Shown in pieces: positions 47,286 through 56,265 of a stretch of DNA of 64,000 nt. How positions within the stretch are numbered: position 1 is the stretch's first letter; the number at the start of each line of letters is the position of its first letter. The DNA comes from a virus: IMG/VR virus record IMGVR_UViG_3300022538_000960, positions 1-64,000 of that record, one strand, 5' to 3'. Under the pieces are notes generated by a model. That model searched no databases and was not told the origin of the DNA. It worked only from the letters and a program-made list of their open reading frames with translations. The position numbers were made by a program, and so were the translations under genes.

Positions 47286-48605
47286 ATGAATAAATTTCGT
47301 AGTGGAGAAAAATTGTCATCCATTGATATAACCAGTGAACGGAAGTTTGATCTTGATCAAATCCGATTAAAGCAGTTACGTAAGCTGAGAGAATATTACA
47401 CCGAATTTTATTCCGGGCAACAGGTAAAGGTGTATATTAACGATGTTCTTCTTGATTTAGTGGCTATTGCGTGGAATGCTACACAGAATAAGATGCCGGT
47501 GTATGGATTTGCCTCGCAGCTCTTTGATGCCGTTGCCGAAGGAACATTTATTGTCAATGGGGAATTTACATTAGCCTTCAAAGATGTTGCAACAATGCAT
47601 TTCATAAATAGACATATCAAAGGTCAGGAATATGATGCAGAGACTTATGCCGCAAATATTAAAAAACTGCGGGCACTTCCTAGCGCGTCGGTCATACATG
47701 AAATGGGACCGGGTTCCGTTGGACTTACCCCGGTGGTTGCTCAAGTTCAGGAACTTACAATAGATGAAGAAGGGAATGTTGTTCCAGACGGAACCAAGGG
47801 CAAAATATACGTATCAAAAAATCGAGTAGAAGATCTTTTTGGTGGGCCAGATAATTTTGATGATCTATGTGATGCGATGGAGGATTCTATTTGGGGGATC
47901 GGAGACTACTATAAAAATCAATATAAAAGGCCTGACGAAATTGATAAGGAACAGAGATTTGATTCATATGGAATAGGCTATGATGTTGCAGGAAAAGGGT
48001 TTAATTTATTAGTCACATATGGTAATCCAAATAATTCTGAATCTGAACATACATTGAAAACGCTAAATGATGTGCATATCCTGGGTAGTGCCCAATCTAT
48101 AGATCCAAATGCTGGATTCATTATCGAGACATATTCATTCTTTGCTAGGAATATGGATCAGCCCATGTCCAACTATAAGGGATTTGATAAACCGAATATT
48201 CCTACAGACAGAATTGGAAGGAGCCCAACTGTTCTTAATTTTACAGTTCCTCTCACCGCATTTGATCACTGCAATAGGGAATTTTTTGAAGAGCCAACAA
48301 GCATGATTCTGTCAATAAAAGATAAAATTTGGGATTTAAGGAGGGAGGACAAAAATTCAAAAACTTATTTTATAAGGTCGGAAATATTAATTCCAAGTGA
48401 TTGGACCGTTGATAATCCAGAAAATGAAACTAGAATTATTGAAAAAGGCCCCGTTACCAGAAAGAATCTTCTCAATTATTTTGCCAGCAAAATACATGAG
48501 GTTATTAAAGATGCTGCCAGGGCAACTGAGACCACTTTTTCATTCGTTACTAATATTTCATCTTCTCTTAAAACTGAATTTATCATAAATGTGTCGATTG
48601 AGTAA
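47286..48605 (+). CDS. Tube-like / baseplate hub protein
   Basis: FYSGQQVKVYI, K.PVYGFAS..FDAVAEG..IV.G and IETYSFFAR. Confidence 0.6.
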   Translation: MNKFRSGEKLSSIDITSERKFDLDQIRLKQLRKLREYYTEFYSGQQVKVYINDVLLDLVAIAWNATQNKMPVYGFASQLFDAVAEGTFIVNGEFTLAFKDVATMHFINRHIKGQEYDAETYAANIKKLRALPSASVIHEMGPGSVGLTPVVAQVQELTIDEEGNVVPDGTKGKIYVSKNRVEDLFGGPDNFDDLCDAMEDSIWGIGDYYKNQYKRPDEIDKEQRFDSYGIGYDVAGKGFNLLVTYGNPNNSESEHTLKTLNDVHILGSAQSIDPNAGFIIETYSFFARNMDQPMSNYKGFDKPNIPTDRIGRSPTVLNFTVPLTAFDHCNREFFEEPTSMILSIKDKIWDLRREDKNSKTYFIRSEILIPSDWTVDNPENETRIIEKGPVTRKNLLNYFASKIHEVIKDAARATETTFSFVTNISSSLKTEFIINVSIE

Positions 48606-49233
48606 AATCGTAGAACTTCAAAGAAAATATACGGATATTTATTTATCAAACTTACGTGGTAAGACCTATATTTTTAGAGATCCTACTTTGGGCGAATGGA
48701 TGAAGCTGGAGAAGTTTGAATTTTCAAAATTGAATGCCAGCGCATACTTGGTCGATACCTTATTGCTTCATCCTTCGAAAGAAAGCCTACTAGCGGGCGA
48801 GATCCTATCATTAGGCAATGAAATTTATAAGGTTGCTTCCAAATTTGCAGATGATAATGTAATTGCTGGAACGTTGGATACGATATCAAAGGACCTGAAT
48901 AGTGGAGATAGTATAGAAAGTGTTATTATGATTATCTGTTCGGCATTTCCATCCTATAAACCCGAAGACATATATGAATTCAATTTTGATAGATTGATGA
49001 CAAGACTAGCTCAAGCTGAAAAAATTCTTTCCCCACCGGAAGTTCCAGGGACTGTTGGAGATGGAACTCCTATTTTGCCGGAACAGGCTTCAGGAATTGC
49101 CAGATCGAAAAATGATTTGCAAATTGCATTGGCAAAACATAGAAGCCAAATAAAGAAACTTACGCCACATAAAGATTCGAAACCTTATCAAGATCTGAAC
49201 ACGAAAAAACCTAATAAGTTAAGGAGGGAATGA
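48589..49233 (+). CDS. Hypothetical protein, tail-chaperone-like
   Basis: YIFR.PT.GE, ICSAFPSYKPEDI; position in the tail module. Confidence 0.5.
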   Translation: MCRLSKIVELQRKYTDIYLSNLRGKTYIFRDPTLGEWMKLEKFEFSKLNASAYLVDTLLLHPSKESLLAGEILSLGNEIYKVASKFADDNVIAGTLDTISKDLNSGDSIESVIMIICSAFPSYKPEDIYEFNFDRLMTRLAQAEKILSPPEVPGTVGDGTPILPEQASGIARSKNDLQIALAKHRSQIKKLTPHKDSKPYQDLNTKKPNKLRRE

Positions 49234-49234
49234 A

Positions 49235-49483
49235 ATGAGTTGGAAGATATGCCCCGCGTGCAAAGGAAAATGTTATATAATTTGCAAAGATTCGGATGGG
49301 AATGAAATTCCTCATAAATGCCCGGTTTGTGATTCTAAAGGCGAAATTTTTGTTGACGAAGTAAATCCCTACAGATGGTGGAGCCATCCATGCTATCCTT
49401 GTTACCCCATTTCTCCATGCATTGAATCAGATAGTACCGGGAATTGGCCGCCCGATGGCATAATTATTCAATATCAATACTAA
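49235..49483 (+). CDS. Small zinc-finger protein (DnaJ-type CxxCxGxG-like)
   Basis: CPACKGK...CPVCDSKG. Confidence 0.6.
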   Translation: MSWKICPACKGKCYIICKDSDGNEIPHKCPVCDSKGEIFVDEVNPYRWWSHPCYPCYPISPCIESDSTGNWPPDGIIIQYQY

Positions 49484-49499
49484 GGAAGGAAGGTAAATT

Positions 49500-49739
49500 A
49501 TGGATTTCCAAACTGGTGTATATTATTATCATTCAAAAGAAAAAAGAAATTACTTGTGTGTTGAAGTTAATAAAAGTCCGCATTGGGTTGAACCCGAAGA
49601 ACATGCTGCGGATGAAATACTTTATTCATTTAAGAGATGCAAGAAAAATAGTACTGCAATCGAAGATCATATCCCGGTCTATATATCTGATAGGCGATGG
49701 CTTAATCAATTAATTAATCAATTAAAGGAGGTGGAATGA
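49500..49739 (+). CDS. Hypothetical protein
   Basis: SD GGAAGG; overlaps the next start codon. Confidence 0.55.
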   Translation: MDFQTGVYYYHSKEKRNYLCVEVNKSPHWVEPEEHAADEILYSFKRCKKNSTAIEDHIPVYISDRRWLNQLINQLKEVE

Positions 49740-50143
49740 TGTCTGTGGATCAGAAAGAAGAACAGACAGAATGGACATACCCGTTTACTGCGGAAATGAT
49801 GAATGGCTGGAAAGAAAAATTCAAGGATGTTTTTTGTCTTAAGATTAATGATAAGTTTTATGCTTATAAACCCTTGAGCGTGGGGGAACTTAGGGAACTT
49901 CAAGTTGCCGAGATGAAAACAATCAGAGAGCTGGAGTCAAATAATGAATTAACTGACGATGAAAAAATGACTTTTGTCCAAAGCAAATCGATGGAGCGGA
50001 CGGTCGCCACATGTGTCCTCTGGCCGGAGGATTTTAGTTCGCAATTAGATAGTGTCCCATGTGGAGTCGTTGATAGGTTGAACGCAGAAATATTCAAAGT
50101 TTCCGGTTATGAGGAAGCCACAACTGAGCCGATGAAATTATAA
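49736..50143 (+). CDS. Tail assembly chaperone
   Basis: WKEKF..V, YKPLS..E, CVLWP, G.V..L...I..VSG; precedes the tape-measure-position gene. Confidence 0.7.
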   Translation: MMSVDQKEEQTEWTYPFTAEMMNGWKEKFKDVFCLKINDKFYAYKPLSVGELRELQVAEMKTIRELESNNELTDDEKMTFVQSKSMERTVATCVLWPEDFSSQLDSVPCGVVDRLNAEIFKVSGYEEATTEPMKL

Positions 50144-50185
50144 TGGGTAGGCTGGGGAGATAATAATTTCATGATATAAAATTAT

Positions 50186-50218
50186 GGCGGGAGGATTTGA
50201 TGATTCCCCCGCCTTTTT
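50186..50218 (+). terminator. Rho-independent terminator-like hairpin
   Basis: GGCGGG/CCCGCC stem followed by T5. Confidence 0.65.
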
Positions 50219-50229
50219 CATTAATACTT

Positions 50230-53200
50230 ATGTACCAAGACTATTTTTACGAGCAAAGAGAGAATCTGGATTATAGGGATCGGCAACTACCCAGTCCTTT
50301 GAAAACTATAGGGGCTGGGGCGTTTTCACTCCTGGCTTTTGTGGTCATCAGGGGGGCGGCGGTTCGTGGGTCTTCTGCTGCGAGCAAAGCCCTGTCTCGC
50401 AACTTGGCAAGAGTAGTAAGATCAGTTCAAGCCCCGGCATGGGCTAAATCCTATAGGAATTTAAGAGCTGCGGCGATAAGAAGTGGCCGGGCTGAAGCTA
50501 GGGAATTTGGAGTATTGGCTCCCAAGGATATTGGAATAGCCGCCACGGTAAAAGAAATACCCTTAATTCATAGAGCTCGAGCCAAATTTACAACTACCTT
50601 TGCAAAGCAAATTGAATCCAGGCGGCAGTATTATTATAGGGACTTAGGCTTACGCCAGAAAGAACTGTACGCCGCATTAAAGCATGGCCATCACCCAAAA
50701 TCTCTTGATCAAAGACTCAAGGCTTTAAAAACATTCATGAAACCCGATGGGGCATTTTCTGCCCGTTTCATGGCCGCTGCTGGGAAATGGGGCGAACGAT
50801 ATGCCAAGATGATCCCTGGGTTTTATGTTGCGGATCAAGCATTGGGTCTATTTTCAAAGGCGCGACCAGAACACCTGAAACCAGCATGGTATAATATACC
50901 CGGACATGTCGCTGGGATGGTCAGATTTGGAATCGAATTTGCTCCAATTGATTTAGCATTTAGTGGTGCTTTGCGGGTGCTTAGATATGGCAGAGCCGTA
51001 GCTGCAAGAAGTGCCCAATTGGGCGTCCGCGAATTCCCACACGTAAGAGAGGGATTTACAAAAGCCGTTGAAACCTTGCACATAAAAGGTGCTCAATGGC
51101 ATGCGTCTATTTCTAAGCATTGGGCTACTCGCAGACGTGGAGCATGGCCTTCGATTCAGGAACTCAAACGTGGCATCAGAGATCGCAAGGCTCCGCATTC
51201 AATGGATATTATCAGATTGTATTCTGATATCGTAAAAGATGCCAAAGTCCAGAGGAAACCCTATTTCAAAATGGAGCAGCAACTTACTCAGATCCTAGGT
51301 GTTCTTGGTATGAGGAAGGATCCCACACTGCTCCGCGAAATGTCTAGAAATACTGAAATCAAAAAGGCATTTGATGAAGTTCTTGCAAAATTTGAGAGGC
51401 GACCAAAACAGACATTTATAGAATATGCACTTAAAACTCCGGAGAGGCCGGCGGATTGGGCTCCACGTAGGTTGTCAACTACATCATATATTAAGAGATA
51501 TGCGAAAGAAGCCCAATGGGATCCGGAAACTACAAATAATGCTTTAAAGTTGCTTGGAGGAAAAGAATTATATTATGGCCAAAATATCCTTAGAAAAGGC
51601 AATTTTTCAATGTTCAATGCTAGCTTTGCGGCTGGCAAGGTAATAGATGTAATGGGGAAATGGAAGGTGCCGTTTATTAGCTGGCATCCTTTCAGACGAA
51701 TGATGGTTGCTGGAATTCCCAGAATAGGAATTCCGGGCAAAGGTCCCGCATTCAGAATTCTTGATGAAAAACAATCTGCATTGATGGCTGAGGCTGCAGC
51801 CAATGCCGATCTAAATGTTACTAGGTCTCCGCAACTCAAAGTCGGGGAATATTTCATGAGGATTGGAGATCATCTTTTTAGGCTTAGCCCTGAGAAACTT
51901 ATCGAAAGAGTTTCCGGACATTGGAGAGTCAGCGTTGATACAATTACTGCTGGAGAAAGAAGACATTTCCAAGGTCTGGTTGAAAGTCAGACTGATTATG
52001 AACATACTGGTTGGTTGGGACATCTGCGGCAAAAGTTTGAATTAGGCCGATCTCCTCACTTCATAGGAAAGCGACTTAAAGAATATATTATTCAAGATTT
52101 TAATCCCGAGAGCCCCCACGTATTGATGCATGAAAAAGGGAAATATGTTAATATGCTCAGACATCTCCAAGGCGATAAGATCCTCAGTCCTCGAGAACAG
52201 AAGGAATTTATAAATTATTCAAGAGCGGTGGGTCGCCACTTATATGGATCAGAACAAACGGCTTTAGAAGTCTTTCATAATAATCAAGGTCTCAGAGGGA
52301 AAGTCCTTGATATCTTAGGTGGCGTTGATGCAAAGAAGGCTAAGAAGATTTTAAATGATGCAAATATAGATAGGGTAATTGACGATCTATCCTTATTTGA
52401 CTATGCACTACCAGAAACATATTCCCAAAGAACCATTCAACAAGTTCGCCGAGCACTCCACGATGTCCAAAATCTTACAGGCCCTGATCGAGAATTCCTA
52501 TTAAGATCAAGATCAAGTATTCTTGAACAGTCTAGCAATTTGACCGTGGAAGATTATCTGATGGGGCAGTATTTTAAGAAGACATTGGAAAATTACAGCC
52601 AGGCTGGAAAGATCACGGAAGGCGTCTACGATAAAATTTTCAAATCCATTGATGATACGCTCCTGGCCAAAAGGGAAAAATCTAAGGCAAAATCATTATT
52701 TACTAGTATGAAAATTAATAGGCCTATGTCCGATTATCTGAATGTATATAGTGATCAGGAAGTAATCAATAGTTTGGATACTGTCGGGCATCTTAGGGAT
52801 ATTATTACCCCAAATGAAAGTTTGCTTAGGGAAGTATTTAAATTGGATTATAAGTCTCTTCGGGAATCTATGAAAATAAATAGATTCATGAAGGACACTC
52901 TTGTTCCCCTTGAGATCCAAGGATTTTTGGGACCCATAGATGAGATATGGAGGGTTCAAGGTCATGGAGCTCCAGCTGCTCCAAAGGATCTTTTTGGCGC
53001 CGCCCCAGGATTTGGGGACATGCTTAAAAGCGATTTTAAAAAATTCTTTAGGATTTCTGATTCCGCAACCCAAATAAATTACGAGCCATATGTTACCAAG
53101 CAAAGCATGCTCCTTCATAGATGGGCAATTAGGCCATTCAATATGACATTAGGATGGATTGGTCTGGATTTACATTATAGATCAAACGCTGAATTTATGA

Positions 53201-56200
53201 AAAAATTCTTATGGAAACGCGCTTTGGCTATTCCCGCTGCCATTTATGGTTACCGCGCCCTCGATACCTTCCTGACGGTAAATCCACTCTTAGACCACAC
53301 CATGTTTGATGATGGTTTGACATCCGCTGGGGCGCAGGCAATCGGGAAAGCCAATCTTGCTAGGGCCGAAGTGTTTGACACATTGGGAATAACAGACTTT
53401 GCTCAACATATGGAAGGTCTTATGCCTGGCTCTATGGAATCCCCAGCCGCAAAACTATTTAGGGGTGCCGTCCTTCCACTCTTAGGAAGAAGATTTGGTG
53501 GGGGACCGGGACTTATGATTGGACTAGGAGCCGCGGCTGCAACAGGATTTGGACTCCCAGATCTTACGAGATCTGCGGATGAACTTCGAGATGTTTATTC
53601 TGGACGAAAGCTTTTACCTGTCAGGTCTGGCAGATTTTGGGAGACCTCAAAATTGTCGTATTTTGGAGGAAGAATATCATCATTTCAACCAAGTTGGTAT
53701 ACGAAAATTGTAAGTCAATATAAATACACGGATGCTGCCTTGGGGACTAAATTAGAATCGCTATTATATACTGGTCCTTTGGGTGCAATAACCGATTCGT
53801 ACCACTACGAGCGTGTTCGGTACCACGATAGACCTTATCCCACGACGGCTCCATTGTTTAGCGACATTCCAATAATCGGATCCGTAGCAGATATGACGAT
53901 TGGAAGACTCTTAAAACCCCAGACTATGATGCATGAAGATGAATTAGCTGCTGCCCAGATGGGATTTGATGTGGAGACGAAGAACCGGATTCTGCCGGGA
54001 TATAATAAGAATACAATGCCACCCCTACATGAAGCCCGCCCAGGCTATTTTGCTCCTAGGCATACTGTCCCATCTGTGAGTATGAAGGGAATGTTGGGAG
54101 AGTCATTCTATAGACTTACTGAAGCGGCTGGACTTCGGGGATTTATGACACAAGCAATATTAGGTCGAGAGGGCATCGGTCAATATGCGCCAATATATGA
54201 TGATGCATCTGCAATCACCAGTTTCGGCCGACAATTTTGGGACCTTCAGGCTGGGGGTGGGCTGGCATCGGAAGCCTGGAGAAGATTGTATCCAAGAGAA
54301 AGATTTAAAAATTTGGTAAATCCAATTCGTAATTTGGCTCCGACGTGGTTGCCGGAAGATTTCAAATTCGGAGATCCGTATACAAAAATCAAAGGGGGTT
54401 TGATATTATTACCATCCCGAGCTCATGAGAAACTTTACAAAGTGCGTCATAATTTCCCAGTTGACCTAGAATATTTCGGATACGAACCAGGAGAAGCTGC
54501 TGGGAGGATGCTGAAGCTGATTAGACCAGAGAGAGAAGAGGAATATCATTACTCGTTCATTAAAGAGTTGGTTCAAAAACAATTACTGATGAATAGACAA
54601 TTGCTGAGCAAGGATGTTTTTCAATTTGATCCTTGGAATAAATTGGAGGGAACTGTTGATGCTATAATAATGAATCAATCAGGGAACCCAGAATTGATGC
54701 AGATAAAGGCGACCACTTCTGAAAAGCTTGGATTTATGCAGCAACCGAAGCCCGCGCACGTTGCTCAACTTAATTTTGCCATGAGACAGATGAAACGGAG
54801 ACATGGACAAATACTCTATGTCGCCTCGGATAATCCAGAACTAACTAAATCCTTCTATGTGGAATACAGCTCCGAACGATTTCATAATGACATGGCAAGA
54901 ATGAATGAAGCCCGAGAATTAGCATCGGATATGCTACTCAAGGGAATTGGTCAGGTTGGAGAATCCTATTCTTATCCAGATAGATTGCAGGTGTTGGCAA
55001 ATTCGGCTCCGTGGAGTCCAGAATATAAGAAGGTTTTGAAGCAATGTAAGATGTTAGATAAATTTGGATTGTTGGATGAAGAAGATCGGGTTAAAGTAAA
55101 TGAATCGCGCAGGCAGCACGACGCAATTATGCGGAAGTTTGATTTTTATCCTCATCGATTTAGTCATGGAAAATGGCTTACGCCTGATCCAATTTATAAT
55201 TTGATGTCTCAGAATGTGAATATCAAGGCAGCGGCAGAATATAATGTTGTCGAAAGATTAATGGGAGCGGCATATGAACGACTATTAGAATTTGACATCC
55301 CAGTGGTGCACTCAAAACTGCTACCATATTACACAAGTGAACAAATGTATGAGAGACAGATCGGAGGCAGTTTCAGTGGAAACTGGTCTAGACCCATCCA
55401 TGATTATATAAGACCATGGTGGCATAGCTTCTTATTATCTTCTGGTCCTGCAGAAGCTGCGGCAAAACTTGGATTCGCAGGTGCGCTGTTTGCTGGTCCC
55501 CCCGGCGCCGCCATTGGTGTGAGTGCTGGACTATTATATGGCGGAGGGAGAGCTGTTGCCGGTCGAGGAACTTGGGTCCCAGGAGAAGTTAAGAGAATTC
55601 GGGAAATTGATGAATATTTTGATGCCTTGGAATATATAAAGAATAATCAATTGTATGAACAAACCGGGGATCCGGAATATCTTAAGCGCTCAAGGGAGAC
55701 AATCTATGGGATTACTCCTATGAGCACCCCAGCTGAATTTTATAGAGCAGTGCCGTACATGGAAAGACCATTTTTCTGGTCGTTCGCCTCTATTCAGGAC
55801 AAGGCTCAGCAAAATAGAATTAAACAAAGAGTTTCACCGACTATGAGGACGCTTTTGGAACATTATTGGTCTGGAGATAAGAAATTTACGAATCCCATGA
55901 TAGAGGACTATAATCCAAAATTCCGAATGCCAGCAGAAGATTGGATGGGGTGGAGAGAAGATATTCCTCTGGAAGATATTCAGCTCAAGACCGTTAAGAA
56001 TGAAGGACTTGATAATTTTGACTTTGGATTGGGATGGAAACCACAGGAATTAAGAATGCATAATTCCCCATATGCAATCAAGCCGATAGATATTTCTAGT
56101 CCTTCTGGAGTTCCATATGGTCAGGAAGATTTGGATGCTGGCGACATAAAGAATTTTATTCGAAATGTTTTACAAAGGTATGGCGTAATGAATTCGAATG

Positions 56201-56256
56201 TAACCGTTACAAAATCTCAGGGCAAAGGTGCCCACATATCTTTAAATATTACATAA
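50230..56256 (+). CDS. Giant (~2008 aa) tape-measure-position/ejection protein with Cas4-like PD-(D/E)xK domain
   Basis: Follows the tail chaperone; basic and helical with Gly/Ala TM-like segments; GTVDAII...MQIK...HVAQLN.AM....GQILYV near 54640-54830. Confidence 0.7.
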   Translation: MYQDYFYEQRENLDYRDRQLPSPLKTIGAGAFSLLAFVVIRGAAVRGSSAASKALSRNLARVVRSVQAPAWAKSYRNLRAAAIRSGRAEAREFGVLAPKDIGIAATVKEIPLIHRARAKFTTTFAKQIESRRQYYYRDLGLRQKELYAALKHGHHPKSLDQRLKALKTFMKPDGAFSARFMAAAGKWGERYAKMIPGFYVADQALGLFSKARPEHLKPAWYNIPGHVAGMVRFGIEFAPIDLAFSGALRVLRYGRAVAARSAQLGVREFPHVREGFTKAVETLHIKGAQWHASISKHWATRRRGAWPSIQELKRGIRDRKAPHSMDIIRLYSDIVKDAKVQRKPYFKMEQQLTQILGVLGMRKDPTLLREMSRNTEIKKAFDEVLAKFERRPKQTFIEYALKTPERPADWAPRRLSTTSYIKRYAKEAQWDPETTNNALKLLGGKELYYGQNILRKGNFSMFNASFAAGKVIDVMGKWKVPFISWHPFRRMMVAGIPRIGIPGKGPAFRILDEKQSALMAEAAANADLNVTRSPQLKVGEYFMRIGDHLFRLSPEKLIERVSGHWRVSVDTITAGERRHFQGLVESQTDYEHTGWLGHLRQKFELGRSPHFIGKRLKEYIIQDFNPESPHVLMHEKGKYVNMLRHLQGDKILSPREQKEFINYSRAVGRHLYGSEQTALEVFHNNQGLRGKVLDILGGVDAKKAKKILNDANIDRVIDDLSLFDYALPETYSQRTIQQVRRALHDVQNLTGPDREFLLRSRSSILEQSSNLTVEDYLMGQYFKKTLENYSQAGKITEGVYDKIFKSIDDTLLAKREKSKAKSLFTSMKINRPMSDYLNVYSDQEVINSLDTVGHLRDIITPNESLLREVFKLDYKSLRESMKINRFMKDTLVPLEIQGFLGPIDEIWRVQGHGAPAAPKDLFGAAPGFGDMLKSDFKKFFRISDSATQINYEPYVTKQSMLLHRWAIRPFNMTLGWIGLDLHYRSNAEFMKKFLWKRALAIPAAIYGYRALDTFLTVNPLLDHTMFDDGLTSAGAQAIGKANLARAEVFDTLGITDFAQHMEGLMPGSMESPAAKLFRGAVLPLLGRRFGGGPGLMIGLGAAAATGFGLPDLTRSADELRDVYSGRKLLPVRSGRFWETSKLSYFGGRISSFQPSWYTKIVSQYKYTDAALGTKLESLLYTGPLGAITDSYHYERVRYHDRPYPTTAPLFSDIPIIGSVADMTIGRLLKPQTMMHEDELAAAQMGFDVETKNRILPGYNKNTMPPLHEARPGYFAPRHTVPSVSMKGMLGESFYRLTEAAGLRGFMTQAILGREGIGQYAPIYDDASAITSFGRQFWDLQAGGGLASEAWRRLYPRERFKNLVNPIRNLAPTWLPEDFKFGDPYTKIKGGLILLPSRAHEKLYKVRHNFPVDLEYFGYEPGEAAGRMLKLIRPEREEEYHYSFIKELVQKQLLMNRQLLSKDVFQFDPWNKLEGTVDAIIMNQSGNPELMQIKATTSEKLGFMQQPKPAHVAQLNFAMRQMKRRHGQILYVASDNPELTKSFYVEYSSERFHNDMARMNEARELASDMLLKGIGQVGESYSYPDRLQVLANSAPWSPEYKKVLKQCKMLDKFGLLDEEDRVKVNESRRQHDAIMRKFDFYPHRFSHGKWLTPDPIYNLMSQNVNIKAAAEYNVVERLMGAAYERLLEFDIPVVHSKLLPYYTSEQMYERQIGGSFSGNWSRPIHDYIRPWWHSFLLSSGPAEAAAKLGFAGALFAGPPGAAIGVSAGLLYGGGRAVAGRGTWVPGEVKRIREIDEYFDALEYIKNNQLYEQTGDPEYLKRSRETIYGITPMSTPAEFYRAVPYMERPFFWSFASIQDKAQQNRIKQRVSPTMRTLLEHYWSGDKKFTNPMIEDYNPKFRMPAEDWMGWREDIPLEDIQLKTVKNEGLDNFDFGLGWKPQELRMHNSPYAIKPIDISSPSGVPYGQEDLDAGDIKNFIRNVLQRYGVMNSNVTVTKSQGKGAHISLNIT

Positions 56257-56265
56257 GGAAAAACT

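Noticed and set aside
49736-50229. Programmed frameshift in the tail chaperone (lambda G/GT type)
   Set aside because: No convincing slippery heptamer or extended second frame was seen, and a terminator-like hairpin follows.
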